A DNA stretch of 51,923 nucleotides from Octopus bimaculoides (GCF_001194135.2 NC_068983.1:51502861-51554783); one strand, 5' to 3'; shown: positions 1 to 10,110, counted from the first letter of the stretch. Notes: generated from the letters alone by a model not told the origin. Numbers and translations: made by a program.

Positions 1-7
1 CAGCTGT

Positions 8-52
8 CGAACGCCGACGAAGGGAAATAACCCTGAAATCCGGATACGTTCG
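8..52 (+). ncRNA. Minimal type-I hammerhead ribozyme motif (Penelope-type), variant core CCGACGA
   Basis: Stem I CGAACG(8-13)/CGTTCG(47-52); core CCGACGA(14-20); stem II AGGG(21-24)/CCCT(31-34); GAAA(35-38); palindromic stem III ATCCGGAT(38-45); predicted cleavage triplet AUA, cut after 46. Confidence 0.7.
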
Positions 53-399
53 TGCTGCTGGCCGTGGTGAGAGGGATAACTCCCTTGGCAAACAGGACAC
101 AGTCGTGTGTCGATAAGCCCGCTGGAGGAGATGTCCTCCTGGGGCTAAAAGCAACAGTAACATCCACCCCTAGGGGTCAGCCACACTTAAGTGGCAATAT
201 ACTACACTTTATCGTGCAGTTACTGTTAATACTTCATTTAGAGAATTAACATTGCTTATTTATATATATATATATATACAGAGAGAGGGGGAGAGAGAGG
301 GATAGACAGATACATACATATATACACACATACATACATACATAGTGAGATAGATATAGATATAGATAAATTAATAAATGGAGTCAAACGCAGGTGTTA

Positions 400-1030
400 T
401 TCACGCCATAAAATCGAACCATTTTTGCATCGTATTGTGATGTGCGTTTGCTATTTCCAACTATAGCAAACGTTCTGCACACTGATTGGATCGATACGAA
501 GTGCTAAAACACAATCCAACATAGAATATTCACTAAAAAATGCTAATGGGGTCTGTTTGGTAGTGTTATCCACTACAGCTGCATGAGACCTGGTAAGTCA
601 ATTACAGCAGATTGGATAATATAATAAGTGAACTTCTAATTAAACAACTGTGATTGGTTTATAGTGACAGGCCAATTCTCTTGCAAGACACTGCGCAACC
701 ACATGTTACACAAAAAATGCTACACAAGTTACAGGAACTCAACTTGGAAGTGCTCTGCCATCCACCTTATTCGTCAGACCTTGCACCAATTAACTATCAC
801 GTTCTCCAACATTTTGTAAGGAAAAAACTTCAAAGCTGAAGATAAAAAAACACCCCTTCGTGATTTAATCACGACGTGCTCTCCAGAATTCATCGTTGCC
901 GGAATAAACAATCTACCGATAAAATGGCAAAATTGTGCTAATTATTTAGGTGCATACTTTGATTAACTGCACTGCTTTTTGTTGCGATAAAATAAAATAA
1001 ACTTTCAGTTCAAAATCGGACATTTCATTC
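400..1030 (+). mobile_element. Degenerate mariner (DD34D) transposase 3' half and right end
   Basis: ORF 654-839 ILLQDTAQPHV...LQELNLEVLCHPPYSSDLAPINYHV matches the mariner motifs LLHDNARPH and HPPYSPDLAP.DY; upstream EPFLHRIV-like remnant; multiple stops and frameshifts. Confidence 0.9.
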
Positions 1031-1049
1031 TTATATATATATATATTCC

Positions 1050-1265
1050 AATATGTGACCGCGTGTGCATCGTTGACGATTTTCTTTCTCTGTCTTCCCT
1101 TCTTTGAACTTTTCCTATTATTCTGATGAAGAGCTCCACTTGAAACGTGAAATCCTTTTTTATTCTTTCCTTTCCTGAGCGTCCAATAACACTGTAATTA
1201 TTCCACGTCCTCGTGTTGTTTTTTCTTGATTTTTCTTGCATGTTCATGTTTGAATTGAATTGATT
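1050..1265 (+). repeat. Penelope-type terminal-repeat relic with degenerate hammerhead (1121-1151)
   Basis: CTGATGA(1123-29)-A-GAG/CTT stem II-GAAA(1142-45)-CG-T-G; H17 is G, so probably inactive. A homologous copy lies on the minus strand at ~9975-10110, sharing downstream TTCC(C/T)GAGC. Confidence 0.55.
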
Positions 1266-1367
1266 ATATATNNNNNNNNNNNNNNNNNNNNNNNNNNNNN
1301 NNNNNNNNNNNNNNNNNNNNNNNNNNNNNNNNNNNNNNNNNNNNNNNNNNNNNNNNNNNNNNNNNNN

Positions 1368-1401
<34 letters not shown>

Positions 1402-1894
1402 TGCGAGAGGGGTAAAGAGAGATTGAGAGAAAGAGAAAAATGACAGAAAGAGAGAGAGAGGTAGGCTATATATAACCCTAGAATATTTTCGATAACTACA
1501 ATTATAACATAAGCAATGGTGTTAGGCACAGTAAGCAAGTTGTGATAATGTTATAATGTATCATTTTCGTCATTAGTTTAAACATTCTAAATATTTCCTC
1601 TTTAATTCCCAAATCATCAAATTAGCATTCTGCCAAAAGAGCGGCAATTAATTTCCATTTTATTAGCGATATAAAATATAATTATCGCAATGAAAATTCA
1701 CATACTTTTAGAATTTCTTCAGAGAAGTGTTTTCCTATATTCAGTAGGATACTTATACACGCAGTAAATGACATTGAGGTTTCTACTAGAACGTTCCAAA
1801 ATAACGATGCATAAATGCGTAACGATGTAGAATTAAATTTCTAAGAAGCTTCTACACAGTTTATACCTAAAAATATATAGAACTCAAAAACTAA

Positions 1895-2340
1895 ACTTGT
1901 CAATTCTACTTCATTTTGGTAATATTTTTGAACCTGTGGAAGATACACGAGATGTCGAAATATCGTTCACTTGATAACAATGGCACTCTTCAGTTTTGCT
2001 TCTATATTTCCTGAAGGACTAACCTCAATCTTATAAATATTACCAAAATGAAGTAGATTGACAAGTCTATTTTATTTTTTTAACTTGTAGAAGACACACG
2101 AGATGTCTAAATATCGTTCACTTGATAACAATGGCACTTTTCTTGCTTCTATATTTCCGGAAGGACTAACCTCAATCCTATAAACATTACCAAAATGAAG
2201 TAGATTGACAAGTTTATTTTATTTTTTGAACCTGTGGAAGAGATAAGAGATGCCGAAATATCATTCACTTGATAACACTAGCACTTTTCTCTTTTTGCTT
2301 CTGTATTTCCTGGAGGACTAACCTCAATCCTATAAATATT
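1895..2340 (+). repeat. Three-unit ~150-bp tandem repeat, each unit with a hammerhead-like motif, preceded by an inverted partial unit
   Basis: Unit cores start at 1934, 2085 and 2232 (periods 151 and 147). 1896-1924 CTTGTCAATTCTACTTCATTTTGGTAATA is the reverse complement of the unit tail TATTACCAAAATGAAGTAGATTGACAAG with one indel. Confidence 0.9.
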
Positions 2341-2690
2341 ACTATTATTATTAATATTATTATTCAGTAGTTTTACTTTTGTCACGGGCTTCTACTGCAC
2401 TACGGAGTGCAGCTCTGTATTCCTTAGTTATGGACTGTGGTTTGTTTTGGTACTGTAATTTTCACTCTATTGAAAGTGCTTTACGTAGGATGTGTGCGGT
2501 GCCTAGTAGTACTATTTTCTGTATGTTCCATATAGTTTCGCAAATCCTGGTGTTTTGGGTTATGTGTCTGTATGTTTTCTAAAAATACCTAATCCACGTA
2601 TTATTATAGGGAGCATTTCTAATTTTAGGCTCCAGGCTCGTGTTTAGAGTTTCTCCGTCTCTTTTAGAGTTGCATTGTCATTTGTTGGGA
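2341..2690 (-). mobile_element. 3' fragment of an R4/Dong-like (RLE-type) non-LTR retrotransposon
   Basis: Minus translation RAWSLKLEMLPIIIRGLGIFRK...(frameshift)NIQKIVLLGTAHILRKALSIE* (stop 2464-2462), the C-terminus typical of R4/Dong ORFs; (AAT)n tail at 2341-2367 and (TAA)-like repeats at the 5' junction. Confidence 0.75.
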
Positions 2691-2799
2691 TTATTATTAT
2701 AATTGCTATCATTATCATCATTATTATTGGCGATGAGGTAACAAAGTCGTTAGCATGCTGAACGATATGCTTAGCGGTATTTTCCCCTTCGCTACGTCA

Positions 2800-3060
2800 T
2801 AATTTCTCGCCATATCGCGGTTCACCTATTGCGTTTCACCTATCGCGTTTCACTTGTCGCGGTTCACCCATCGTGCTTCATTATTCAAGTTTACGGTGAT
2901 TCCTCTGTGGTGTTGGTTTGCATTTATGATAAAATAAATATATACAAATTATAAAAATAATAAAAATATATACAGTACAGTACTGTTTCTACTTTGGGGA
3001 TTTTCACCTTTTGCGAGTTGCTTTGGAACATAACACGCGTGATAGTCGATGGAAAGATAA
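2800..3060. mobile_element. Probable pogo/Tigger-like non-autonomous element remnant
   Basis: About five degenerate copies of TCGCGGTTCACCTA at 2815-2875, plus a right-end-like segment GGAACATAACACGCGTGATAGTCGATGGA; termini not resolved. Confidence 0.35.
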
Positions 3061-4585
3061 ATATATAGATAGATATATAGTTATATGCGTAAATATACGC
3101 GCAAACCCACAACCCACACGCACGCACACATTATTTGTTGCGAACGTTTATTATTTCTGCTCTTTTATGTACTTCTATGTATTTATTCCTTCCATTTCTG
3201 ATGCCAGTGTTTCAAGGAATACCGTAGCGATATGATGCATTCATTCAGTATCCTCCAGTATAACCGTTTGGTAAGAAGTTAAACTTTGAAAGCTTTACTC
3301 GCCAGTTTTTGCATTTTCAGCGACAGTCTTTTCCAATTCCAGTTGTGCTGCTTTTCCTGAAAATAATTGGCATGTGTCTCCAAATAAGCCACTACCATTT
3401 TCTTTTGTATCTCCAATTAATTGAAATACATGTTGTTCCATTTATGAACTCATTGTTCAAAGTTAAGAATAATGTGAGTCGAAAGTCCAGTGGTCAGAAT
3501 ATTTTGTTTTCCTTCTCTACTGAAATATGAATTGCTACCTACCTTTTCATTTATAGTGAATTATATAATTCTTAAATATTAAATGTTTCCTTGCTGCCAT
3601 ATTGTGCCCCTAGCAAAATGATTTCGCGTATGTTTACTAAATCTTGACAAATGTTGTGTGCTAAGAAAATTTTGTCATAGCTGAGAGATATTTGATCTAT
3701 CATATATGTTGATATATAGGCCTGTAACCAATTTGAAACGATTGAAGTAAATTTTTAATATTGTATGACACAAACGAACACATATTTTGAATAAAACAGA
3801 ATGATTAATGTTCTCTAGTCGTTATTTCTTAGAAACTGTTAGGTATCTGAAGCAACATCTTCATGTTAAAATATAAATCTACAAATTTGGGAGTCATTCT
3901 AAGAGAATTGAAAAATCTAAATTTAGAGAAGGTTTCTATGCTTAAAGTAAAGTGTTTCGGTTCCGAGTGAAGACCTGTTGTGGTTTTCACTTGTTCGAGA
4001 TGTTTCTCTTGTTTAATGTACATAGTAAAAAAATAGCAATACAGAGAAATACAGCCGCACGGATGTATATGTGTGTGTGCGTGTGCGCATGCATTGCAAA
4101 TAGATGTATAAGCTTTTATCCTATCTTGACCACAGAAAATAGTTTTATGTTAGGATATATAAGACATAATAACGGGGGGGGGGCATTGGAATGCAGGCCA
4201 TGCTGCAGCACAGTCTCTTGAATTTTGAATCGAAATAATCAACGCAAATGCTTCTTTTTAAGCCTAGTTCCTAGTTATAATTCTATCGGTTTCTTTTGCC
4301 GAACAGCTTCGTTACGTGTCCTATATATATATATATNNNNNNNNNNNNNNNNNNNNNNNNNNNNNNNNNNNNNNNNNNNNNNNNNNNNNNNNNNNNNNNN
4401 NNNNNNNNNNNNNNNNNNNNNNNNNNNNNNNNNNNNNNNNNNNNNNNNNNNNNNNNNNNNNNNNNNNNNNNNNNNNNNNNNNNNNNNNNNNNNNNNNNNN
4501 TACACGTATATATATATTCAAGGTTGAATATGGTACTTATGCGTAGGCACCCGAATATCATATCCCAAAAGGATAGGTGATCAAA

Positions 4586-4645
4586 ATCAAAAAAATAATC
4601 AACACGGATGATCCGTGTTGCTTTTTTGGGGATTATTTTTTTGAT
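4586..4645. repeat. Short foldback palindrome related to the termini of the long-TIR element at 50642
   Basis: ATCAAAAAAATAATC(4586-4600)/GATTATTTTTTTGAT(4631-45) perfect 15 bp; inner AACACGGAT-G-ATCCGTGTT; followed by (TA)n. Confidence 0.75.
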
Positions 4646-4829
4646 ACGTATATATATATATATATATATATACATACATGAGTTTGCTTACTATAATATT
4701 TCTGTTTACTTATTTTACTTTATTTCTTATGTTCCATCATAGGTACATGCATATTTGTCTTTCGTGTGTGTATGACACTGTTTGCAACTCTGTCTTATTT
4801 TTCCTTCTATCTTCAGTCGTTCCGTTGCG

Positions 4830-5210
4830 TGGTAAAGTCATAGATGGTTCTATTGTTCCATTCGTGCTTTCTATTGAAGATCGGTGTGTCTATATATGTG
4901 GTCTCTGTAATATATATATATGTGGTCTCTGTAATTTGTCTAAGAGTCCAGTTGTTTCTATGCGTTGATAATTCTTTAAGCTCTGTTATGAACTGATCAT
5001 CTATGTTCTAAATTGCACATGCTGGTAGAGCACTAACCAGCATTTCCCCTCTTTGAACTCCCTATAACATCCTCCAATTCGCTCGCCTACGTTGCGCGAC
5101 GTTTCCCCAAAGTAAGCTGTTGTCTTTTTTCCTGCACCGTCCCTCAGTACACAGTTAGTATTAAGGAAGGATAGAAAAATATTACATTTATAAACCCTAA
5201 AATTCGCTCC
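4830..5210 (-). pseudogene. GIY-YIG endonuclease remnant of a Penelope-like element
   Basis: Minus ORF 5001-5228 contains RVYKCN...TAYFGETSRNVGERI (GIY and YIG motifs plus the R..R helix); a downstream frame gives TPIFNR; disrupted. Confidence 0.65.
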
Positions 5211-5218
5211 GTAATTAA

Positions 5219-5485
5219 CCACGAGCATATGGCGTAGTGGTTAAGAGCGCGGGCTACGAACCCAAGATTCCGAGTTCGATTCTAAGCAGTGACCTCAACA
5301 ATAAGAATAATAAGGATAACAACATCGTAGAATACCTTAGGAATGAGAACCCACGTTCGAAATTTCCCCAAGACACCTGATAAAGGCTGGAGAGTATAGC
5401 AGTCAAAAACAAACAAGATCAGGACAAATATCCGTCATGTTTCAGGACCAGTTACATAATTCTTCATCTCTTAAAAATAGAACTG
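5219..5485 (+). mobile_element. tRNA-headed SINE-like element with degenerate hammerhead (copy 1)
   Basis: A box TGGCGTAGTGG 5230-40; B box GAGTTCGATTC 5272-82; (AAT)-rich spacer; GACAC-CTGATAA-A-GGCTG...CAGTC at 5372-5405; 3' end AATTCTTCATCTCTTAAA. Homologous to 34603-34840. Confidence 0.85.
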
Positions 5486-5699
5486 CGTGATGGCAGTTTT
5501 GGGTACTTTGGTTCTGTGCAGTGACGACATAGAATTAATATAAACAGCAGTTTGCAAGGTTTCACCAAAAAGAAGAATTGTAATTGTCACTAAATGTGGG
5601 TAGGGCGTTAGAAAGCGCCTGCATTGCTTGAAATAAGAGCTAAACCACTTTATGTTGTAGCTAACGCATATGAATGAAAACATCTACACTAAGAGGAAT

Positions 5700-5738
<39 letters not shown>

Positions 5739-6289
5739 AAACGAAAACGACAAATTTTTAAAGTGTCAGCAATGAAATGTATTCGGAAATATCACATATC
5801 GGCATTAGTGTATTTGAAGTAAAATTAATTCTTTTTGTTACTTTATATCATTTATATTCCGTGTAACCGCTTTAATATTTCTAAGTGTATACGTAATTTT
5901 AATACACGTGGCCTACCTAATTAACGTAGCAAATTCTCCATTATTTCTCCCATGATCGACGTTATACTATTCTAAATTGAAATGCTTTTTGACATAAATT
6001 ACCTTTGATTGGTGTGGCTTTGTTTTAACTCTAAAATGGTTCGTTGTTAATACGTGGGCATTCACTTGACAGTGAATATATGTAGTACGTTCGTGCAAAC
6101 TAAGGCTCACCGGTATAATCTTCCTGCTCATTTATTAGATGTTAAACATGAAATCGATTCAATATTCTAATTTCAATTATATTCTTGAGTCTCTATAATG
6201 CGTGACGTGCTATTGCCGCCAAATATTTAACAATGTATAAGGGAGATAGTGTCCTGTAGAATGTCCGTTTCTGTGAATAATGTAGAGAG

Positions 6290-6500
6290 CTGACATATTA
6301 GTAAGCCCGTTGGACAAAATATTTAGTGATATTTCGTCTGGAATTTTGTTCTGAGTTCAAATGCCACTGGGGCTGATATTTACTTTCGTCATTTTGGGGT
6401 CGATCAAATAAGTAACATTTCCACACTAGAGTCCATGCAATCAATGAGCACCCTACCCCAATATTTCACGATTTGTGCCTACTGCAGAAAGAAATTATAT
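6290..6500 (+). mobile_element. Diverged tRNA-derived SINE (family A)
   Basis: GTTCTGAGTTCAAATGCC...GGGGTCGATCAAATAAGTA is homologous to the 33303-33941 units. Confidence 0.65.
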
Positions 6501-6631
6501 GAATAATTGAACAGTTTAAAAATTAGATATTTAACGACGAATCGAAGTGGTTCCGGAAATTGCGATGCTTAAAGCCTGGTTGCTTCCTGGTTTTCCTAAA
6601 GTAGGCACTCAGTTGTCTAATTAAACATTAC

Positions 6632-6737
6632 CTGTTCACATGAGGAATTTCATGAAGCCCATTCACTTAGCAGCATTTTTATCAGGTGCTGGGTCTGATA
6701 ATTACTCAATCCCTTTTTGCATCAGCACTCTTGTTGT
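6632..6737 (-). other. Candidate 106-nt exon, no through-going ORF
   Basis: Minus acceptor TTCTGATTTTTCTTTAG| and donor CAG|GTAATG; stops in all three frames. Confidence 0.35.
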
Positions 6738-7625
6738 CTAAAGAAAAATCAGAACGCTAGTTTCTCTTCAGTGTCTTAGTAGTAAGTAGGGCATGCGGAA
6801 ATATTTTGTGCTTGCAAATAATTTCAACGTATGTAAAAGAAATACATTTACAAATAATCAGTTCAGTATCCATCTCTAAATTTCGCTTACGATGTACTAA
6901 TTTGGAAATTAAAACATTGCGTCGACTATAAAAACATTATCATATTATTGACATAGGTATGGCTATAGATTGCCAGTTTGTATTCGAAGCAGATATGAGA
7001 ATCTAATGCAGTACAAATGGTAAGAGCTGAGCTAATGATTTTGATTCCAACAACCCTCAGAATCGAATTAGAAATATTGAATTAGGAATATATATATGAT
7101 TTGAATATATGAATGTTCCAAACTAAAGACAGATGTAATGCAGAACCAAGTTTGTTTGCAACGGTAACTAACGTAGGTGTAAACGGAGGGAAATTAGTAA
7201 CTCCTGCTAGAATATATGAATTATAAACTAATTATTCATTTTATCTGTAAATACAATTTATAATTCATATAGATTTGCACTCTTCGTTATCGTCACCCTT
7301 GTAATCATCGACCTTTACCTCTACATTAATTTATTTACGTAGCAGCAATCATGAATTGCATTTTAACTTCTACAGCCTGACGTCAAACAAAATATCTATA
7401 AAAGATATGCGCAATACATTCTAAATATTTACTTTCAACACTCGATTCAATTAGAGGTTCATAACAATAGTATTTTCCAGTCTGTCATGTCGGAGATGAT
7501 CATGAATGTAAGATAACGATTTTCGAAATACGCAATTTTATCAACAAACGTTTTTCCCTTGTTGATTTTTTGTCGTCCTGATATAGTTTGATTCAAGAAT
7601 TTGTGGGACGCTGTCATTCTACACA

Positions 7626-9048
7626 TCTAATATATATAAAAATGAGAATGTGTGTCTGTCTGTCTGTCTGTCTGTCTGTATGTCTGTCTGTGTGAATCCC
7701 TAAAACTCGAGAACTACGCAACCAATTTCATTCAAATTTTACACATGTCTTACTTAGGTTTCCAGTTGTGTTTTAGTCAAAAAAAATTATTAACTTCTTG
7801 CAGAGTTCGAGCACACGGTAACATATCTCCTCCCCTATTTAAGTATTACGTGTCAAAAGTGAAACAAAAACACTCATGTCAAATACTTTCACTTTAAAAA
7901 TGAAACTATTCCACTAACTGAGACAATCACATTTCGATACTGTAGTGACAGATACTTTCACAGAGAGAGAAAGAGNNNNNNNNNNNNNNNNNNNNNNNNN
8001 NNNNNNNNNNNNNNNNNNNNNNNNNNNNNNNNNNNNNNNNNNNNNNNNNNNNNNNNNNNNNNNNNNNNNNNNNNNNNNNNNNNNNNNNNNNNNNNNNNNN
8101 NNNNNNNNNNNNNNNNNNNNNNNNNNNNNNNNNNNNNNNNNNNNNNNNNNNNNNNNNNNNNNNNNNNNNNNNNNNNNNNNNNNNNNNNNNNNNNNNNNNN
8201 NNNNNNNNNNNNNNNNNNNNNNNNNNNNNNNNNNNNNNNNNNNNNNNNNNNNNNNNNNNNNNNNNNNNNNNNNNNNNNNNNNNNNNNNNNNNNNNNNNNN
8301 NNNNNNNNNNNNNNNNNNNNNNNNNNNNNNNNNNNNNNNNNNNNNNNNNNNNNNNNNNNNNNNNNNNNNNNNNNNNNNNNNNNNNNNNNNNNNNNNNNNN
8401 NNNNNNNNNNNNNNNNNNNNNNNNNNNNNNNNNNNNNNNNNNNNNNNNNNNNNNNNNNNNNNNNNNNNNNNNNNNNNNNNNNNNNNNNNNNNNNNNNNNN
8501 NNNNNNNNNNNNNNNNNNNNNNNNNNNNNNNNNNNNNNNNNNNNNNNNNNNNNNNNNNNNNNNNNNNNNNNNNNNNNNNNNNNNNNNNNNNNNNNNNNNN
8601 NTTTTACATTCAGAAGACTACAAATCCCCCTTCGTGTGACTTTTGCCATGTCCATAAACAAACCTCAGGATCAAACACTGTCTGTAGCTGGTCTTCTCTT
8701 GGAAGAGCCCTGCTTCTCACATAGACAACTGTATGTTGGCTGCTCAAGAGTGGGCAGCAAAAAAGAACCTTTTTGTATATGCTCCACAAGGGAAAACAAG
8801 GAACATAGTTTACAACGAGGTGTTATAATCACAACAGCAAGAAAGTTTGTACATGATCACCTTCTTTTACGAAACTTCATTGACTTCCATATATTTATAT
8901 TGATATACATATATATACATATATATACGTGTGTTTGGGTGCGTGTGTGTATATACATCTCTATATATAAAGATGATGCGTAGTCTAGACGGCGTTTTTA
9001 GATTTCATTATTCTCTTTAACCCGGGCAATGCCGGGTATTTCTGCTAG
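7626..9048 (+). mobile_element. Helitron (internally deleted or gapped) with both termini
   Basis: 5' A|TC-TAATATATATAAAA...(CTGT)n; PIF1-helicase C-terminus FTFRRLQIPLRVTFAMSINKPQDQTLSVAGLLLEEPCFSHRQLYVGCSRVGSK/NLFVYAPQGKTRNIVYNEVL* at ~8602-8830; 3' hairpin CCCGGGCAATGCCGGG (9021-36) then CTAG|T (9045-48); AT target site. Confidence 0.9.
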
Positions 9049-9364
9049 TTCACTAATATATGCAAATACATACTCGCATATACACAAGTAATTGAACTTA
9101 TACGTGCACGCACACATATACAGACACTCCATCTACGCATCGCTTTGTTTTATACTGGAGGTCTATCATTGTCATCTGGATCATAGCGGTCCCGATATCT
9201 CCAGCGTGGAGGCCGTCGATGAGTGAAAGGTTTTGAATTCAGAAGAGAAAAAACTGGAAAAGATAAACTTAGTAATTTCAAATTGCGACCATGTCCCACC
9301 ATAGGATTTCAACGAAGAGTGTAGAATAACGGAATCAGGAAAATGGAGCGAAACTATATATCTT

Positions 9365-9775
9365 TCATCTTTTAATTATTTTGGTCATTTCACTACAGCT
9401 ATTATTCTATTGATCTCTTTTGCCGAACTGCTAGATAATGGGGACGTAAATACAGTAACACCGGTTGTGAAAAGGTGAACTAGGATAAACACAGACACAC
9501 ATACAAGCATACTCACAAGCACAAGTGTATGTAACTCATTGTTCAGTTTTATTTCAAGATTTATTGTAAATAGCGAAAGATCCAGTTTCTAACCTAGATT
9601 CAAGTTTCCTTCATTGGAATATCAACATGAACGACAGGGTATTTTTGTTTGCATGTATGCATGTATGTATTATGTATATGATGGGCTTCTTTCAGTTTCT
9701 GTCTGTGAAATTTACTCACAAGGCTATGGTCGGCCCGTGGCAAAAGTAGAACAAATTTACTGAAAGTGCCACCCA
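9365..9775 (-). mobile_element. Abundant SINE with internal microsatellite (family B); further copies at ~4190-4320 and 24710-25065
   Basis: Shared plus-strand motifs TTTTGCCGAAC, CACCGGTT, CACTCACAAG, AGTAGAA; the 24710-25065 copy also shows the tRNA-like end CAGTGGGACTGAAACC. Confidence 0.7.
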
Positions 9776-9927
9776 GAAAAAAAAGAAAGAAAGAAGTGGA
9801 AATTTACCGGTGAGTGTGTTAAATTATAAGGCACCAAAAGAGAATGACTCTCCCCAGACACAACAGAATATGCTTCAACACACGAACTCACATAAGGAAT
9901 CTTGCAAACCAAATCCCAAAACGAAAC

Positions 9928-9967
<40 letters not shown>

Positions 9968-9974
9968 TTAAAAT

Positions 9975-10110
9975 TTATTGAAAAACAAAAGATGAACAGC
10001 AAACAAGAGTATTGGTTAGATGCTCGGGAAAATGTAAACGTATTTTACGTTTTGAGCCTACGCTCGTCAGCAGAAATGAATAAGAGAAAATAAACAGTGT
10101 GAATGAAAAA
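9975..10110 (-). repeat. Second copy of the 1050-1265 hammerhead-bearing repeat
   Basis: Minus strand reads CTGACGA(10070-64)GCGTAGGCTC-AAAA-CGTA-AAAT (GAAA to AAAA, short deletion), followed by TTTTCCCGAGCATC. Confidence 0.5.

Noticed and set aside
140-210. HDV-like ribozyme at 140-210 (and at 30115-30195, minus strand)
   Set aside because: I could not build P1 and P3 simultaneously; only local hairpins are supported.
1925-2340. CRISPR-like array
   Set aside because: Whole units are homologous with no unique spacers, and the context is eukaryotic.
4770-4815. CTGAAGA...CAAACAGTGTC on the minus strand downstream of the GIY-YIG relic as a hammerhead
   Set aside because: The position is plausible, but stems I and II do not pair and GAAA is altered.
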